Origin: an uncultured Bacteroidaceae bacterium
GTDB taxonomy: Bacteria > Bacteroidota > Bacteroidia > Bacteroidales > JAADGE01
Direction of reading: 5' to 3'
DNA: 64,000 bases
NCBI GenBank assembly: GCA_964472505.1
Contig: CAYYQW010000001.1
Span: 30,701 to 94,700, forward strand
Below are positions 46,876-57,595 of the stretch, piece after piece (the first letter of the stretch is position 1; each line of letters opens with the position of its first letter). The translations under genes were made by a program, and so were the position numbers. The notes under the pieces are model-generated. The model made no database searches, was not told the DNA's origin, and saw only the letters and a program-made list of their open reading frames with translations.

Positions 46876-48426
46876 TTGGAAAAAGAATTAATCATAAATA
46901 AAGATAAGTCTGAACTTTCCATTGCGCTGCTTGAAAACAAAAAACTTATAGAGCTTCATAAAGCGAAGCACAACAGACAGTTCAACGTAGGTGACATATA
47001 TTTGGCACGTGCAAAAAAAATTATGAACGGCCTGAATGCTGCTTTTGTGGATGTGGGTTATAAGCGTGATGCATTTTTGCATTATTTTGACTTAGGCCCC
47101 CAGTTTAATTCGCAACAAAAGTTTATAAGATTGGCGATGAATAAAAACTCGCCTACCATCAAGCTTCCGGATTTCATACCGGAGAAAGATTTAGACAAAA
47201 AAGGAAAAATATCAGACGTTCTTCAAGCCAATTACTTGGTAATGGTTCAAATTGCAAAAGAACCCATATCAACTAAAGGCCCGCGGCTTACATCGGAAAT
47301 ATCCATAGCCGGCCGAAACTTGGTACTCATACCCTTCTCAAATAAGGTTTCGGTATCACAAAAAATTGTGAACAAAGAAGAACGTAACCGACTGATAAAG
47401 CTCATTAAAAGCATTAAACCCAAAAATTTTGGGGTAATTATAAGAACCGTTGCAAAGAATCGCCGAGTAGCTGTTCTGGACGAAGAATTAAGAGCATTGA
47501 TAGCCAAGTGGGAGACCATAACCGATAAAGTAAAAACGGCAGAAGTCCCGGAAATGCTTGTTGGCGAGTTAGATCGACCGGCCGCATTGATGCGCGATAT
47601 TCTGAACGATTCGTTCAGCTCAATACACGTAAACGATTCAAAAATATTTTCACAGGTAAAAGATTACGTAACTTCCATTTCGCCTGAACAGGCTAAAATT
47701 GTGAAGCTCTATTCCGGCGGAAAAAATATTTTTGAGCAATTTGGAGTTTACAAACAAATAAAAGCTTCCTTCGGAAAAACCATTAACATTCAAAGCGGTG
47801 CTTATCTTATAATAGAACATACCGAAGCCCTGCACGTAATAGACGTGAACAGCGGCAACCGTTCTAAAAAAGCCAACGACCAGGAAAGCAATGCTCTTGA
47901 AGTAAATATGCTCGCTGCCGAAGAAGTAGCCAGGCAATTGCGGTTGCGTGATATGGGCGGTATTGTTGTGGTGGATTTTATTGATATGTACTCGCGAGAA
48001 AACCGCAGAAAAATTTACGACAAAATGAAATCGGAAATGGCTAAGGATAAAACCAAGCACGCCATTCTGCCTTTAAGTAAATTTGGTTTGATGCAGATTA
48101 CGCGCCAACGCGTTCGGCCGGCCACCAATATTGAAACTAAGGAAACTTGTCCTACATGCGACGGCACCGGAGAAGTTACTCCAAGTATTTTATTTATTGA
48201 TGAAATTGAAAGCCATCTGCGTTATATTGCAGAAAAACACAAAGGCACCATTCACATCAGAACACATCCTTATATAGAAGGATTTCTTAACCGCGGTTTG
48301 TTATCACCACGCATCAAATGGATGCTGAAATACAAACGAAGAATTATGGTTCATCCTGTCATTACATACTCTTTTCTGGAATATAATTTTTATGACAGTA
48401 ATATGGAACTAATCAAAGTAAACTAA
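46876..48426 (+). CDS. rng: Ribonuclease G/E family
   Basis: S1 domain GDIY, KEPISTKGPRLT, TEALHVIDVNSG, LRDMGGIVVVDFIDM, ITRQR; TTG start. Confidence 0.92.
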   Translation: MEKELIINKDKSELSIALLENKKLIELHKAKHNRQFNVGDIYLARAKKIMNGLNAAFVDVGYKRDAFLHYFDLGPQFNSQQKFIRLAMNKNSPTIKLPDFIPEKDLDKKGKISDVLQANYLVMVQIAKEPISTKGPRLTSEISIAGRNLVLIPFSNKVSVSQKIVNKEERNRLIKLIKSIKPKNFGVIIRTVAKNRRVAVLDEELRALIAKWETITDKVKTAEVPEMLVGELDRPAALMRDILNDSFSSIHVNDSKIFSQVKDYVTSISPEQAKIVKLYSGGKNIFEQFGVYKQIKASFGKTINIQSGAYLIIEHTEALHVIDVNSGNRSKKANDQESNALEVNMLAAEEVARQLRLRDMGGIVVVDFIDMYSRENRRKIYDKMKSEMAKDKTKHAILPLSKFGLMQITRQRVRPATNIETKETCPTCDGTGEVTPSILFIDEIESHLRYIAEKHKGTIHIRTHPYIEGFLNRGLLSPRIKWMLKYKRRIMVHPVITYSFLEYNFYDSNMELIKVN

Positions 48427-49553
48427 CTACTTTGAGATTTTAAAAAATTAAGAATAAATCCGGCAGCACGTGATGAAGCACCCGTTCCGCCGGATTTTTC
48501 TTTTATTGCGGCATAAGCAGTTTTCATTTCTTTTATATAAACTTCATCGTTCAACAAACGATGCAGTTCTTCCGACAGATTTTTCAAATTCATATCATTC
48601 TGTATGTATTCCTTTATAATAGGAGCATCGGCTATAAGATTCACAAGCGATATATATTTTATGTTAACCAAGCGTTTGGCTATTTGGTATGAAAAATAAT
48701 CACCGCGATAACACACCAACTGCGGCACACCAAAAAAAGCAGTTTCCAATGTGGCCGTTCCGGAAGTAACTACGGCTGCACGAGCATGTTTAAGCAATTC
48801 ATAGGTTTTATCGTAAACCAAAGCCGTGGAATGATTTTTCATATACTGTGCAAAAACCTTAGGTTCCAAGGCCGGAGCAGCTGCAACCACAAATTGATAA
48901 TCGGGAAACATTTCACTGAGCTTTAACATCATAGGAAAATGATGTTTAATTTCCTGCATGCGGCTGCCGGGCAGTAAAGCAACAATCGGGCGTTGATCCA
49001 AACCGTTTTCATTAATAAACACCTCTCGGGAAGAACGCCTGTTAAGCACTTGTTCGGTTACATCTAATAAGGGATTGCCGGGAAAATCCACATCCAAGTC
49101 ATTTTGGGCAAAGAATTCTTTTTCGAAAGGAAAAATCACCAATAATTGATCCACATAAGCCTTTAGCTTTTTAATGCGTGATTTTTTCCATGCCCAAACT
49201 TTGGGTGCAATGTACCAAATTACTTTTATGCCTTCCTTCTTTGCAAACTCGGCAATGCGTAAGTTAAAGCCGGCATAATCAATCAATATTAGTGCATCGG
49301 GTCGGTAAGCAAGAATGTCTTTCTTACAAAATCGCATATTGGACCAAATGGAAGGCAGATGCATAAAAACATCCAGAAAACCCATATAAGCCGTTTCCTT
49401 ATAATGCTTTACAAGTGTATTGCTTTCGCGCTTCATTAAATCGCCGCCCCATACACGAAATTCAGAATTAAAATCACGCTCTTTTATGGCTTTTATCAAA
49501 TTGGAGCCGTGTAAATCTCCGGATGCCTCGCCTGCTATGACATAATATTTCAT
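48423..49553 (-). CDS. lpxB: Lipid-A-disaccharide synthase
   Basis: AGEASGD, IDYAGFN, YIAPKVWAW, LLPGSR, SGTATLE. Confidence 0.95.
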   Translation of the reverse strand: MKYYVIAGEASGDLHGSNLIKAIKERDFNSEFRVWGGDLMKRESNTLVKHYKETAYMGFLDVFMHLPSIWSNMRFCKKDILAYRPDALILIDYAGFNLRIAEFAKKEGIKVIWYIAPKVWAWKKSRIKKLKAYVDQLLVIFPFEKEFFAQNDLDVDFPGNPLLDVTEQVLNRRSSREVFINENGLDQRPIVALLPGSRMQEIKHHFPMMLKLSEMFPDYQFVVAAAPALEPKVFAQYMKNHSTALVYDKTYELLKHARAAVVTSGTATLETAFFGVPQLVCYRGDYFSYQIAKRLVNIKYISLVNLIADAPIIKEYIQNDMNLKNLSEELHRLLNDEVYIKEMKTAYAAIKEKSGGTGASSRAAGFILNFLKSQSS

Positions 49554-49636
49554 TGATTAGGGTTATTATTACTCAAAACTGAAATATACTTATTAATAGA
49601 GTTTCTGCTGTAAAGTAAACACGAAAGTCATCTTTA

Positions 49637-49954
49637 TTATAAAATCGATAATTTAGTAAAAATCACCCACATGGCAATCAAAAATACAGCCAATATAATC
49701 CCTCGTACGGTTTGATATCTCTTTTTTCTCAAAAATATATAAAAAAGCAATAAATCGGCTATTGTACAAAGGCTTAGAATATTGGTGAGAATTTGCCCTT
49801 TTTTCAAACCGAGAAAAAAAGTTTTAAGCGATGCTCCGCCTGTTTCACTAAATGCCCACACAAGCACGAAAACTAATGCAGGAAACAGCAAGCCCAAAAT
49901 GAGTCCGAGCGGCATGTTATCATATTTTGAACGACCTTTGGGTGTTATAGTCAT
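49637..49954 (-). CDS. Small 3-TM membrane protein between surE and lpxB
   Basis: Hydrophobic ORF; ATG at 49954 avoids overlap with surE. Confidence 0.65.
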   Translation of the reverse strand: MTITPKGRSKYDNMPLGLILGLLFPALVFVLVWAFSETGGASLKTFFLGLKKGQILTNILSLCTIADLLLFYIFLRKKRYQTVRGIILAVFLIAMWVIFTKLSIL

Positions 49955-49964
49955 GGTATTAAAA

Positions 49965-50744
49965 TTACAGGTTCCACTTTTTAAATTTATCAATATATTC
50001 ATGAGCGGTAAATTCCGGCTTGATAGGCACAATGGATGCATAACCGTTCAATATGGCATATTCATCGGTATCTTCGGCGCCGGCTTCTAAGTTATTAAAA
50101 GTGCCGGTAATCCAGAATGCTTTACGCCCGTGCGGGTTGGCGGCACTTACAAATTTTTCTTTCCAAGCGCCTTTTGTAGCTCTGCAAAATTTAATGCCTT
50201 TTATGTCGGTTGTTTTCGGGTCGGGAAAATTAACATTAAGGCTTACTCCGGCCGGCAGACCATCGGAGAATGTTTTATCCAATATTTTTTCGATAAAAGG
50301 GCGTACCGCTTCAAAATTCGAATCGGCTTCATAATTATTCACCGAAAAACCCACCGCCGGTATTCCGTTAATAGTGGCTTCAATAGCGGCTCCCATTGTT
50401 CCGGAATACAATACACTTACCGATGTATTGGCTCCGTGGTTTATTCCGGAAAGCACAAAATCGGGTTGAATGTCGGAAATTTCATGTATGGCAATTTTCA
50501 CACAATCCACCGGCGTTCCCGAGCAGGAATACTCAGTATAATTTTCCGATTCCTGAATTTTTCGGTACAAAACGGGAAGCGATTGGGTAATGGAATGCGA
50601 TTTGGCCGATTGCGGACCGTCAGGCGCAGTTACCATTACACGTCCGTATTTTTTTGCAATATCTATCAATAATCTCAGGCCTTTTGCTTCTATACCGTCA
50701 TCATTGGTTACCAGTATTAAGGGTTTCTTTTTTGTATCATTCAT
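49965..50744 (-). CDS. surE: 5'/3'-nucleotidase SurE
   Basis: LVTNDDG, SGTPVDCV, SGINHG, YSGTMGAA; TATCTTTG -7 box at 50804-50811. Confidence 0.95.
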   Translation of the reverse strand: MNDTKKKPLILVTNDDGIEAKGLRLLIDIAKKYGRVMVTAPDGPQSAKSHSITQSLPVLYRKIQESENYTEYSCSGTPVDCVKIAIHEISDIQPDFVLSGINHGANTSVSVLYSGTMGAAIEATINGIPAVGFSVNNYEADSNFEAVRPFIEKILDKTFSDGLPAGVSLNVNFPDPKTTDIKGIKFCRATKGAWKEKFVSAANPHGRKAFWITGTFNNLEAGAEDTDEYAILNGYASIVPIKPEFTAHEYIDKFKKWNL

Positions 50745-50930
50745 TGTTTCAATATTTTCAGTTTTTGCACGCAAGTTTTATTTCACTTATAAAAAATCGA
50801 GTTCAAAGATACAGAATCAGATTTTGCAATCCATATTTTTTCAGTAATTTTAGGCGTTTAAAAATAAATAATTAAACCGAATTATAAAACACAAAGCATA
50901 ACAAAATCAAATACAGACAGATAACAAACT

Positions 50931-51659
50931 ATGTTTACATTATTAAAAAAAGAATTAAGCGAATTTTTCAGCACACTTACCGGTTATATAGTCGTTATTG
51001 TATTTACGGTACTTAACGGCTTGTTTATTTTTGTTTTCCCCGGTGAGTATAATTTGCTCAATAATCGCTTTGCGCATTTGGATACCTTATTTTTTATTGC
51101 ACCTTGGATATTTTTATTTCTTGTACCGGCCATAACTATGCGCCTTATTGCCGATGAAAGAAAAAGCGGCACTCTGGAACTATTATACACCAAACCGGTT
51201 ACACGCCTGCAAATAATATTTTCCAAATATTTGGCCGGTGTTGTATTGGTACTGTTTTCGCTTATTCCGACTTTAATCTATTTCTTAAGTTTGCTTTGGC
51301 TTACCGCTGAAGGCTCTTCACCGGACACCGGAGCAATTTGGGGCTCATACATCGGTTTATTTTTACTGGCGGCCGTTTACACCGCAATCGGCATATTCGC
51401 CTCATCGCTCACCGAAAATCAAATCATTGCTTTTTTGATTGCGGGTTTTATATCATTTTTTGTTTACATAGGTCCCGATACATTAAGCGGTTTTGAGATT
51501 TGGGGCAACTACGGAAATATCATCAAAAATCTGGGTATAGATGCGCATTATCGCTCAATAAGCCGTGGTGTAGCCGATTCAAGAGATATTATATACTTCT
51601 TGGCCGCTTCAGGTATATTTCTGATATTAACCGAATATGTTACACTTAAGAAAAAATAG
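50931..51659 (+). CDS. gldF: Gliding motility ABC transporter permease GldF
   Basis: KKEL..FFS..TGY, PAITMR..ADE.KSGTLELL, SS.TENQI.AF, HY.SISRGV.DSRD. Confidence 0.92.
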   Translation: MFTLLKKELSEFFSTLTGYIVVIVFTVLNGLFIFVFPGEYNLLNNRFAHLDTLFFIAPWIFLFLVPAITMRLIADERKSGTLELLYTKPVTRLQIIFSKYLAGVVLVLFSLIPTLIYFLSLLWLTAEGSSPDTGAIWGSYIGLFLLAAVYTAIGIFASSLTENQIIAFLIAGFISFFVYIGPDTLSGFEIWGNYGNIIKNLGIDAHYRSISRGVADSRDIIYFLAASGIFLILTEYVTLKKK

Positions 51660-51711
51660 TCAAAATTGTTAATTATCACATAATTTTCATTAAAAGAATA
51701 AGCATTAAGTT

Positions 51712-53415
51712 ATGAAACTATTTTCATTCTCGCAGCCCGGCATCCGAACAGCAGCACTCATTGCAGGCATAATAATTGCTGCCTGGCTGCTTTCAATCCC
51801 GAGATTGCGTATTGATTTAACATCAGAAAAACGCTATACGCTTTCGGATTTCACAAAAACTACTTTGGAAGAATTGAATGACATTGTATATCTAAAAGTA
51901 TATTTAGAAGGCCCGGAAATGCCGGTAAATCTGAAAACTCTGAGAAATGCCGTAAAAGAACAGTTGGAAGAATATAGAGTTTACGGCGGAGATAATTTTG
52001 AATTTGAATTTATTAATCCGTCTGAAAGCTCAAAACAAGAACAACGATTTGCCATGTATGAGAAATTAGCCAAAGCCGGACTGTTCCCCATAGAAGCGCA
52101 GGAAGTCAGCGAACAAGGTAGAAGTTCTCAGAAAATGGTATTTCCCGGCGCCATTATCAGTTACAAAGGGCGCGAATTGGGTGTGAATCTGCTGAGCGCC
52201 ACGCCCGGAGTTGCTCCCGAAAGCGAAGTGAATGTAAACCACTCCATGGAAGAGCTGGAATATCGGCTGACCAATGCCGTACAAAAAATAACCCGAAAAG
52301 AAAAGCCACAAATTGCTTTTACCGAAGGACACGGAGAACTTTCGGAATACGGGCTTATGGATATTTCGCGCGTACTCTCGGAGTACTACGAGGTGAAGCG
52401 CGGAAGCATAGGCGGACAAATAGGCATATTGGATGATTTTAAAGCCATTATTATAGCCAAACCCCAAAAAGAATTTACCGAACAAGACAAATATGTGATT
52501 GACCAATACATTATGAACGGTGGTAATGTGCTGTGGCTTACCGAAGGGGCAGTAACCAATTTAGACAGCCTGTTTGAATCGTCCTATACCATGGCACTGG
52601 GCAATGAAACCGGATTGGAGGACATGCTTTTTAATTACGGCGTACGCGTAAATAATAACCTGATAATGGACAAACAATCGGCGCCTATCGGAATACGTGT
52701 AAGAGGCGCCGACGGAGAACCGCGGATAGAAATGTTTCCTTGGTACTATTTCCCGGTAATAAGAAGCGAGAATAATCATCCGATTTCAAAAAATTTAGAT
52801 TATATCCGAACGGAATTCGTCTCCAGCATCGATACACTCACAACACAGGAAGGTATTAAAAAAACTGTGCTTCTGAAGACAAGTTCCTACTCGCAAACCG
52901 AACAAGTACCCGTGCGCATAGAGCTCGCGCAAGCCAACCGCATGCCGCCGGATGCCTATTTAACAAGCGGAAAACAAACCATTGCGGTACTTCTTGAGGG
53001 TCGGTTTGAATCAGTTTTCAAGCTGCGTTCTCCGCAAAGTTTTTTTCCCGAAAAAGGCATTCCCGAACCCAAATATAAAGGCGCGCACTCTAAAATGATT
53101 GTTGTAAGCGACGGAGATATGGCCAAGAATCACATTTCAGCCGATAATCGTCCCTACCCCGTAGGTTTTGACATTTTCACAAAAGAACGTTTTGAAGGCA
53201 ATGAACAATTTATTCTGAATGCCGTAAACTATCTCTGTGAAGACGGCGGACTCATGAGTATCCGTTCTCGTGAGCTAAAAATACGGCTTTTGGATACGGA
53301 AAAGATTCAGAACCACCGCTTGCTTATTCAAATATTGAATATTGGTATTCCGGTCATAATAATTCTAATTTTTGGTTTTGTTGTAACTTTTGTAAGAAGA
53401 AGAAAATACAAATAA
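51712..53415 (+). CDS. gldG: Gliding motility ABC transporter substrate-binding protein GldG
   Basis: RIDLTSEKRYTLS, LEYRLTNA, GHGEL, DQYIMNGG, DGD..KN, NAVNYL..DGGL..IRSR, LNIGIP. Confidence 0.92.
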   Translation: MKLFSFSQPGIRTAALIAGIIIAAWLLSIPRLRIDLTSEKRYTLSDFTKTTLEELNDIVYLKVYLEGPEMPVNLKTLRNAVKEQLEEYRVYGGDNFEFEFINPSESSKQEQRFAMYEKLAKAGLFPIEAQEVSEQGRSSQKMVFPGAIISYKGRELGVNLLSATPGVAPESEVNVNHSMEELEYRLTNAVQKITRKEKPQIAFTEGHGELSEYGLMDISRVLSEYYEVKRGSIGGQIGILDDFKAIIIAKPQKEFTEQDKYVIDQYIMNGGNVLWLTEGAVTNLDSLFESSYTMALGNETGLEDMLFNYGVRVNNNLIMDKQSAPIGIRVRGADGEPRIEMFPWYYFPVIRSENNHPISKNLDYIRTEFVSSIDTLTTQEGIKKTVLLKTSSYSQTEQVPVRIELAQANRMPPDAYLTSGKQTIAVLLEGRFESVFKLRSPQSFFPEKGIPEPKYKGAHSKMIVVSDGDMAKNHISADNRPYPVGFDIFTKERFEGNEQFILNAVNYLCEDGGLMSIRSRELKIRLLDTEKIQNHRLLIQILNIGIPVIIILIFGFVVTFVRRRKYK

Positions 53416-53417
53416 AC

Positions 53418-53451
53418 AAAAAAAACCCGACAATAACTGCCGGGCTTTTTT
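53418..53451. terminator. Bidirectional terminator between gldG and the C25 protease gene
   Basis: A-run, CCCG/CGGG stem, T-run between convergent genes. Confidence 0.6.
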
Positions 53452-53468
53452 GTTTATTGGTTTAACAA

Positions 53469-56400
53469 TTATTGCCTGATAAATTTTATATTATAAATGC
53501 CTGTATCGGTTTGTAAGTTCATAAAATAAATACCGGCTGCAAAATGCTCCGTGAATGCACTGTAGCGGTTTATGTTTCGAGCCTTATCTTTGTGTACAAT
53601 ACTGCCTTTTATATCCTTAATTTCAATAAGAACGGATTTTTGATACTCATCAAATGAAATATTCAGAGATTGATTCACGGGATTTGGATAAAACGTGATT
53701 CCGGCTTGCGACAATTCATTTATCGCAGTAGTAACCGTTAGTTCGCCAACATTACTCGTCAGGCTGCCGCAATCACCGGCAACAATAACGTCATAGCTAC
53801 CTGCATCGCTTATTTCAACCGGAGAAATAAGCAAAGTATGCGATTGCGAGCCCGATATATTACCGCCATCGGTTAAATCGGATCCGTCTTTGCGCCACTG
53901 ATAAACAAGGTTTATACCGGAAGCCGAAACGGTAAGTTCGGCATCATAGCCGTTCTCTGCCGAGGCGTTTTGCGGATGTACACTAATGGTTGTTTCCAAT
54001 TTTTCAAGAAGAAGAGAATCCGTTGGCAAAGACTCAATATATTCATCGCTGTATAAAGCGGTTACTGTATATTGATAGCTCTCGCCACATGAGATTTCCA
54101 CCTCAAAGGTAGTTTCATCGGCGGGTAAAATACCGCTGATATCCGCGCCGTCTTCATAAACACGATAGCCGCTCAAAATATATTTAGCCGATTTTTGAAT
54201 ATCTTTTTTTATCGATTTCTCATTTTCAGAAATCAACGGGGCTGTTTCAAAAGTCCTTGATAACTCATTTCGGCCGGAAGCAATGTATGTTTTAGTTCCG
54301 CCTTCACCTTCCGTATAAAACCCTTGACAATATTCTCTTGCTTGAGAACCGTCGGAATAATAATACCAACTGTCGCCGTCATAAACATACGAATGACCGG
54401 AATTATCCGACAAAACTTTAAATAGTGAATAAGGTGATCCGTCCTCCGCGATAATTTTTACCCCCATAAAAAAATCATCCGTAAGTACAATGCCTTCCGC
54501 CAACTGAAAAGTTACTTCAGTGTTGCTTACAGCTTCTACTTCCGGAGACTCATAGAGTAATTTCGTAAAATCTGCCGAATAAATTACAAATTTAAAGGTA
54601 GCATCGGTCCAATCACTGCCCGGATCATAAAAAGCATGCTTCATTTCGGTGATTTTGACCGGATAACTATAATCAAAATCAGCATTATCATACAAACTGC
54701 CGCGAATTTCGTAACTGCTCGAATAATTCATATCACCACCGATATTGCAATACTCTATCCAAGCATCGGTATTGTCACTGTTGGGCGGCAACCAACTCAA
54801 AACAGCAGAAGACTCAGCCCATTCGGCAGTTAAATTCTCGGGCGGATAGGTCGGACTTTTCGTTGTAAACTCAACCTGATTACCGTAACCCGTTCCGTTG
54901 GCATTTACGGCATAAGCTTTAACATAATATTTGGTTTCAGCCGTAAGCCCGGATATATTTGAAGAAAAACTGCCCATATTCACATTGGGTGAATTTTCTA
55001 CTTGTATAACCCCTGTTCCGCCAATTACCGGATCCGAATCTTCGGAGTAAACAAAACCGCTTTCGCTTACCGGCTCTCCGTTGTCCGTAGTTATTTCGCC
55101 TTTTAAACTTGCCTTTGAATCTGTAATATTCTCGGCATTTTGAGTATTAACACTCGGCGGAAAACCCTCGCAAGTCATAGTCAATAAAGTTGTATATGGC
55201 TTACAATTATGCTTGGAAATGGCAAGGCTTACATCGCCCGACTCAATTATGGTATAATTAATTGAAGCATTTCCGCTGCCGTCGGCCTCGGCAGAAGCTA
55301 TCAAACGATTATTTTGTACCAAAGTCAATAAAGCGCCCGGCTCTGTTGCAGTTACCGAGAAAGCATTGTCAGAGCAGTCGATATTGCCGGAATGACTTGC
55401 CGTAATGACATTATCATTGGGATTAGCCGTCCAAATCTTCATGCTCGGATCACCGAAATAATGAAACAATTCATACGTATATTGCGAAGATCCGGACCAG
55501 CTCAAATTTTGTTCCATGGCATACAGCCCTTGTTGCATTACATCGCCCATGCTAAAAATACCTTCGGCATTGCCGGACGTGTAATTATTACCCGAACCTG
55601 CCGAACCCATTACCGGATAAATACCCGGATCCGGCCAAAGCGCATCAATCATTCCTACGGCCAATGCATCGTTATAACCGCTCAAACTGTAATATGCAGC
55701 GGCCAATATGCCGATGGCTCCCTTATTATTCATACGTAAAAACTTTTCGGCAAAAGCATTTTCCAACTGAAATTCACCGGTATGGCAGTTCATGCTGAAA
55801 ACTACCGGCAATAAGTCAGTATTGGTAAGATTATCCATTGAACTTGTTGTATATTCAGGATGTGCCCAACCGCTTCCGCCTTCATAGCCGTGATCGCGAT
55901 GAAAAACTAAGAATTTTCCCGCATTTATTGATGCAGTAATATCCGCTTCGCCGCCGTCCCAAGCAAATCCGCTAGCTGGCAGCAATTCGGCCGGCAGCGG
56001 CTCTCCGTTGGAATAGGTACCGTTATTATAATTGGTTGGCGTATGAGCCGGATCGGTATAATAAATGCGCTCTACGGCATAGCTTTTAGTCAAAAGATAA
56101 TCTCTAATTTCTTCGGAAGTATGGCAAAAACGCCGGGCGGCATATCCGTCAGCCGCCTCAGAACCTTCCACATCCTGAAACTGTGCACAATTTACGGCGT
56201 TTTGGTAAAAAGCAGCGGTATTGGGCGGATCAAACTCGTAATTAATAATTTTATTCACGACAACCCCTGCTTCCGCAGCTGATGAAACCGATATTCTGCC
56301 GTAAGCCATATCGGGGTGCCAATCGGTTTCGCTATCCATACAGGCAAAATACAAATCGGTGGCAAAGGAATCTTCTTCATCGGGTTCTAAATGCATTTCG

Positions 56401-57374
56401 CCGGGAACGGCATAAGTTCCGTCATGATCGCCGAAAATGAGAAAATAATCCGGTTTGGGAGACCAAGCATTATACCTATCGGCAATTGCGGTTTTCACTT
56501 GAGCAGCCGACCAGCTGTCTTCAGAAACTACTTCTACGGAATATCCAAGTTGTCGTTTGCTGTCTGCCAATAAATTGGCTTGTGAAAGGTATTCGGAATG
56601 CGTAAGTATGATATAATTCTTTGCTCCGGACTTACCGGATTTCACTCCTTTGGTATCTTTTCCGTCGGGAATACTTTCAGAATTAATAACTCGGCTTTTG
56701 AGCATATTGGTATAATGCAGGGAGTTATCACGAGCAATTTGGCCGAAACTGCCGGTTGCTCCTTCAAATTCAATTTTAAAATGAATTTTGGTATAAACAC
56801 GCAGCGTTTTTTTAACCGGATTATACTGAATCGGGCGAGTTTCAACAAAAAACAGAGGCGTAGCCCGACTGTATCCTATATTAACAATCTCAACCACCTG
56901 CTCAGGATAAAAACTGTCAGATTTATAGATTGAGTAATCCTTTTCAAATTTCGGCGACGGGGCGCCTTCGGTATCTCTTGCGGGCTTTAAAGCAGGGTGA
57001 ATCAAATACGGTTTATACTCATAATATTCAACATCCGTAATTTGTATCTTTGCTTTTGCACCGTATGGCCCCGCTACTATTTCGGTTTTTACGGGTAAAG
57101 CCGGTGCGCCGGCTTGGGCAGTTTTAGCAAGGCCTTTCATTGTCAATTGATTATATAAGGTGTCCTGTACTTTTTTATCAAAAAGAAAGGCACCCGTAAA
57201 GTTATAATCTACTTCAATACCGGCTTCAAAATGATTTTTAAAATTACGTTCAGATAGGGTCTTTTGTTTAGCAAAAGCTTGTTCGCCTTGCGTAAACGAT
57301 AAAAATCGGTTCTGTGCGAAAATAAATCCCGACAGCAATAAGAATGTAACACAAAAAAGAATTAATTTTTTCAT
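53469..57374 (-). CDS. Gingipain-like C25 cysteine peptidase with propeptide, FN3, Ig domains and T9SS type A CTD
   Basis: GAPALP propeptide, TDLYF, YGRIS, FHRDHG (His), SMNCHTG (Cys), YFGDPS, YPNPV...GIYF; ATG at 57374 gives a signal peptide. Confidence 0.9.
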   Translation of the reverse strand: MKKLILFCVTFLLLSGFIFAQNRFLSFTQGEQAFAKQKTLSERNFKNHFEAGIEVDYNFTGAFLFDKKVQDTLYNQLTMKGLAKTAQAGAPALPVKTEIVAGPYGAKAKIQITDVEYYEYKPYLIHPALKPARDTEGAPSPKFEKDYSIYKSDSFYPEQVVEIVNIGYSRATPLFFVETRPIQYNPVKKTLRVYTKIHFKIEFEGATGSFGQIARDNSLHYTNMLKSRVINSESIPDGKDTKGVKSGKSGAKNYIILTHSEYLSQANLLADSKRQLGYSVEVVSEDSWSAAQVKTAIADRYNAWSPKPDYFLIFGDHDGTYAVPGEMHLEPDEEDSFATDLYFACMDSETDWHPDMAYGRISVSSAAEAGVVVNKIINYEFDPPNTAAFYQNAVNCAQFQDVEGSEAADGYAARRFCHTSEEIRDYLLTKSYAVERIYYTDPAHTPTNYNNGTYSNGEPLPAELLPASGFAWDGGEADITASINAGKFLVFHRDHGYEGGSGWAHPEYTTSSMDNLTNTDLLPVVFSMNCHTGEFQLENAFAEKFLRMNNKGAIGILAAAYYSLSGYNDALAVGMIDALWPDPGIYPVMGSAGSGNNYTSGNAEGIFSMGDVMQQGLYAMEQNLSWSGSSQYTYELFHYFGDPSMKIWTANPNDNVITASHSGNIDCSDNAFSVTATEPGALLTLVQNNRLIASAEADGSGNASINYTIIESGDVSLAISKHNCKPYTTLLTMTCEGFPPSVNTQNAENITDSKASLKGEITTDNGEPVSESGFVYSEDSDPVIGGTGVIQVENSPNVNMGSFSSNISGLTAETKYYVKAYAVNANGTGYGNQVEFTTKSPTYPPENLTAEWAESSAVLSWLPPNSDNTDAWIEYCNIGGDMNYSSSYEIRGSLYDNADFDYSYPVKITEMKHAFYDPGSDWTDATFKFVIYSADFTKLLYESPEVEAVSNTEVTFQLAEGIVLTDDFFMGVKIIAEDGSPYSLFKVLSDNSGHSYVYDGDSWYYYSDGSQAREYCQGFYTEGEGGTKTYIASGRNELSRTFETAPLISENEKSIKKDIQKSAKYILSGYRVYEDGADISGILPADETTFEVEISCGESYQYTVTALYSDEYIESLPTDSLLLEKLETTISVHPQNASAENGYDAELTVSASGINLVYQWRKDGSDLTDGGNISGSQSHTLLISPVEISDAGSYDVIVAGDCGSLTSNVGELTVTTAINELSQAGITFYPNPVNQSLNISFDEYQKSVLIEIKDIKGSIVHKDKARNINRYSAFTEHFAAGIYFMNLQTDTGIYNIKFIRQ

Positions 57375-57541
57375 AACCCATGGTTTTTTTTGGAAAGAAC
57401 TATTAACTAATTCGTAGGGGAGCTTTTGCATAGTTATAAACACAAAATAAACTATGCATACAAAATTAGTTTACAATTTACGAAAAAAAACGGTCCCTGT
57501 ACCTATACATGCTGAAAAACAAGCATATAACCGATACATTA

Positions 57542-57566
57542 AAAGCCCGCTTATACAGCGGGCTTT
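57542..57566 (-). terminator. Terminator after the S1 protease gene
   Basis: AAAGCCCGCT/AGCGGGCTTT. Confidence 0.65.
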
Positions 57567-57595
57567 CCCTACAACAACGGTTTATAAAAATCGGT

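Noticed and set aside
48423-48426. Overlapping stop codons of rng and lpxB
   Set aside because: A common compact convergent arrangement with no further evidence of antisense control.
50931-53415. gldF-gldG without gldA
   Set aside because: gldA is commonly unlinked in Bacteroidota.
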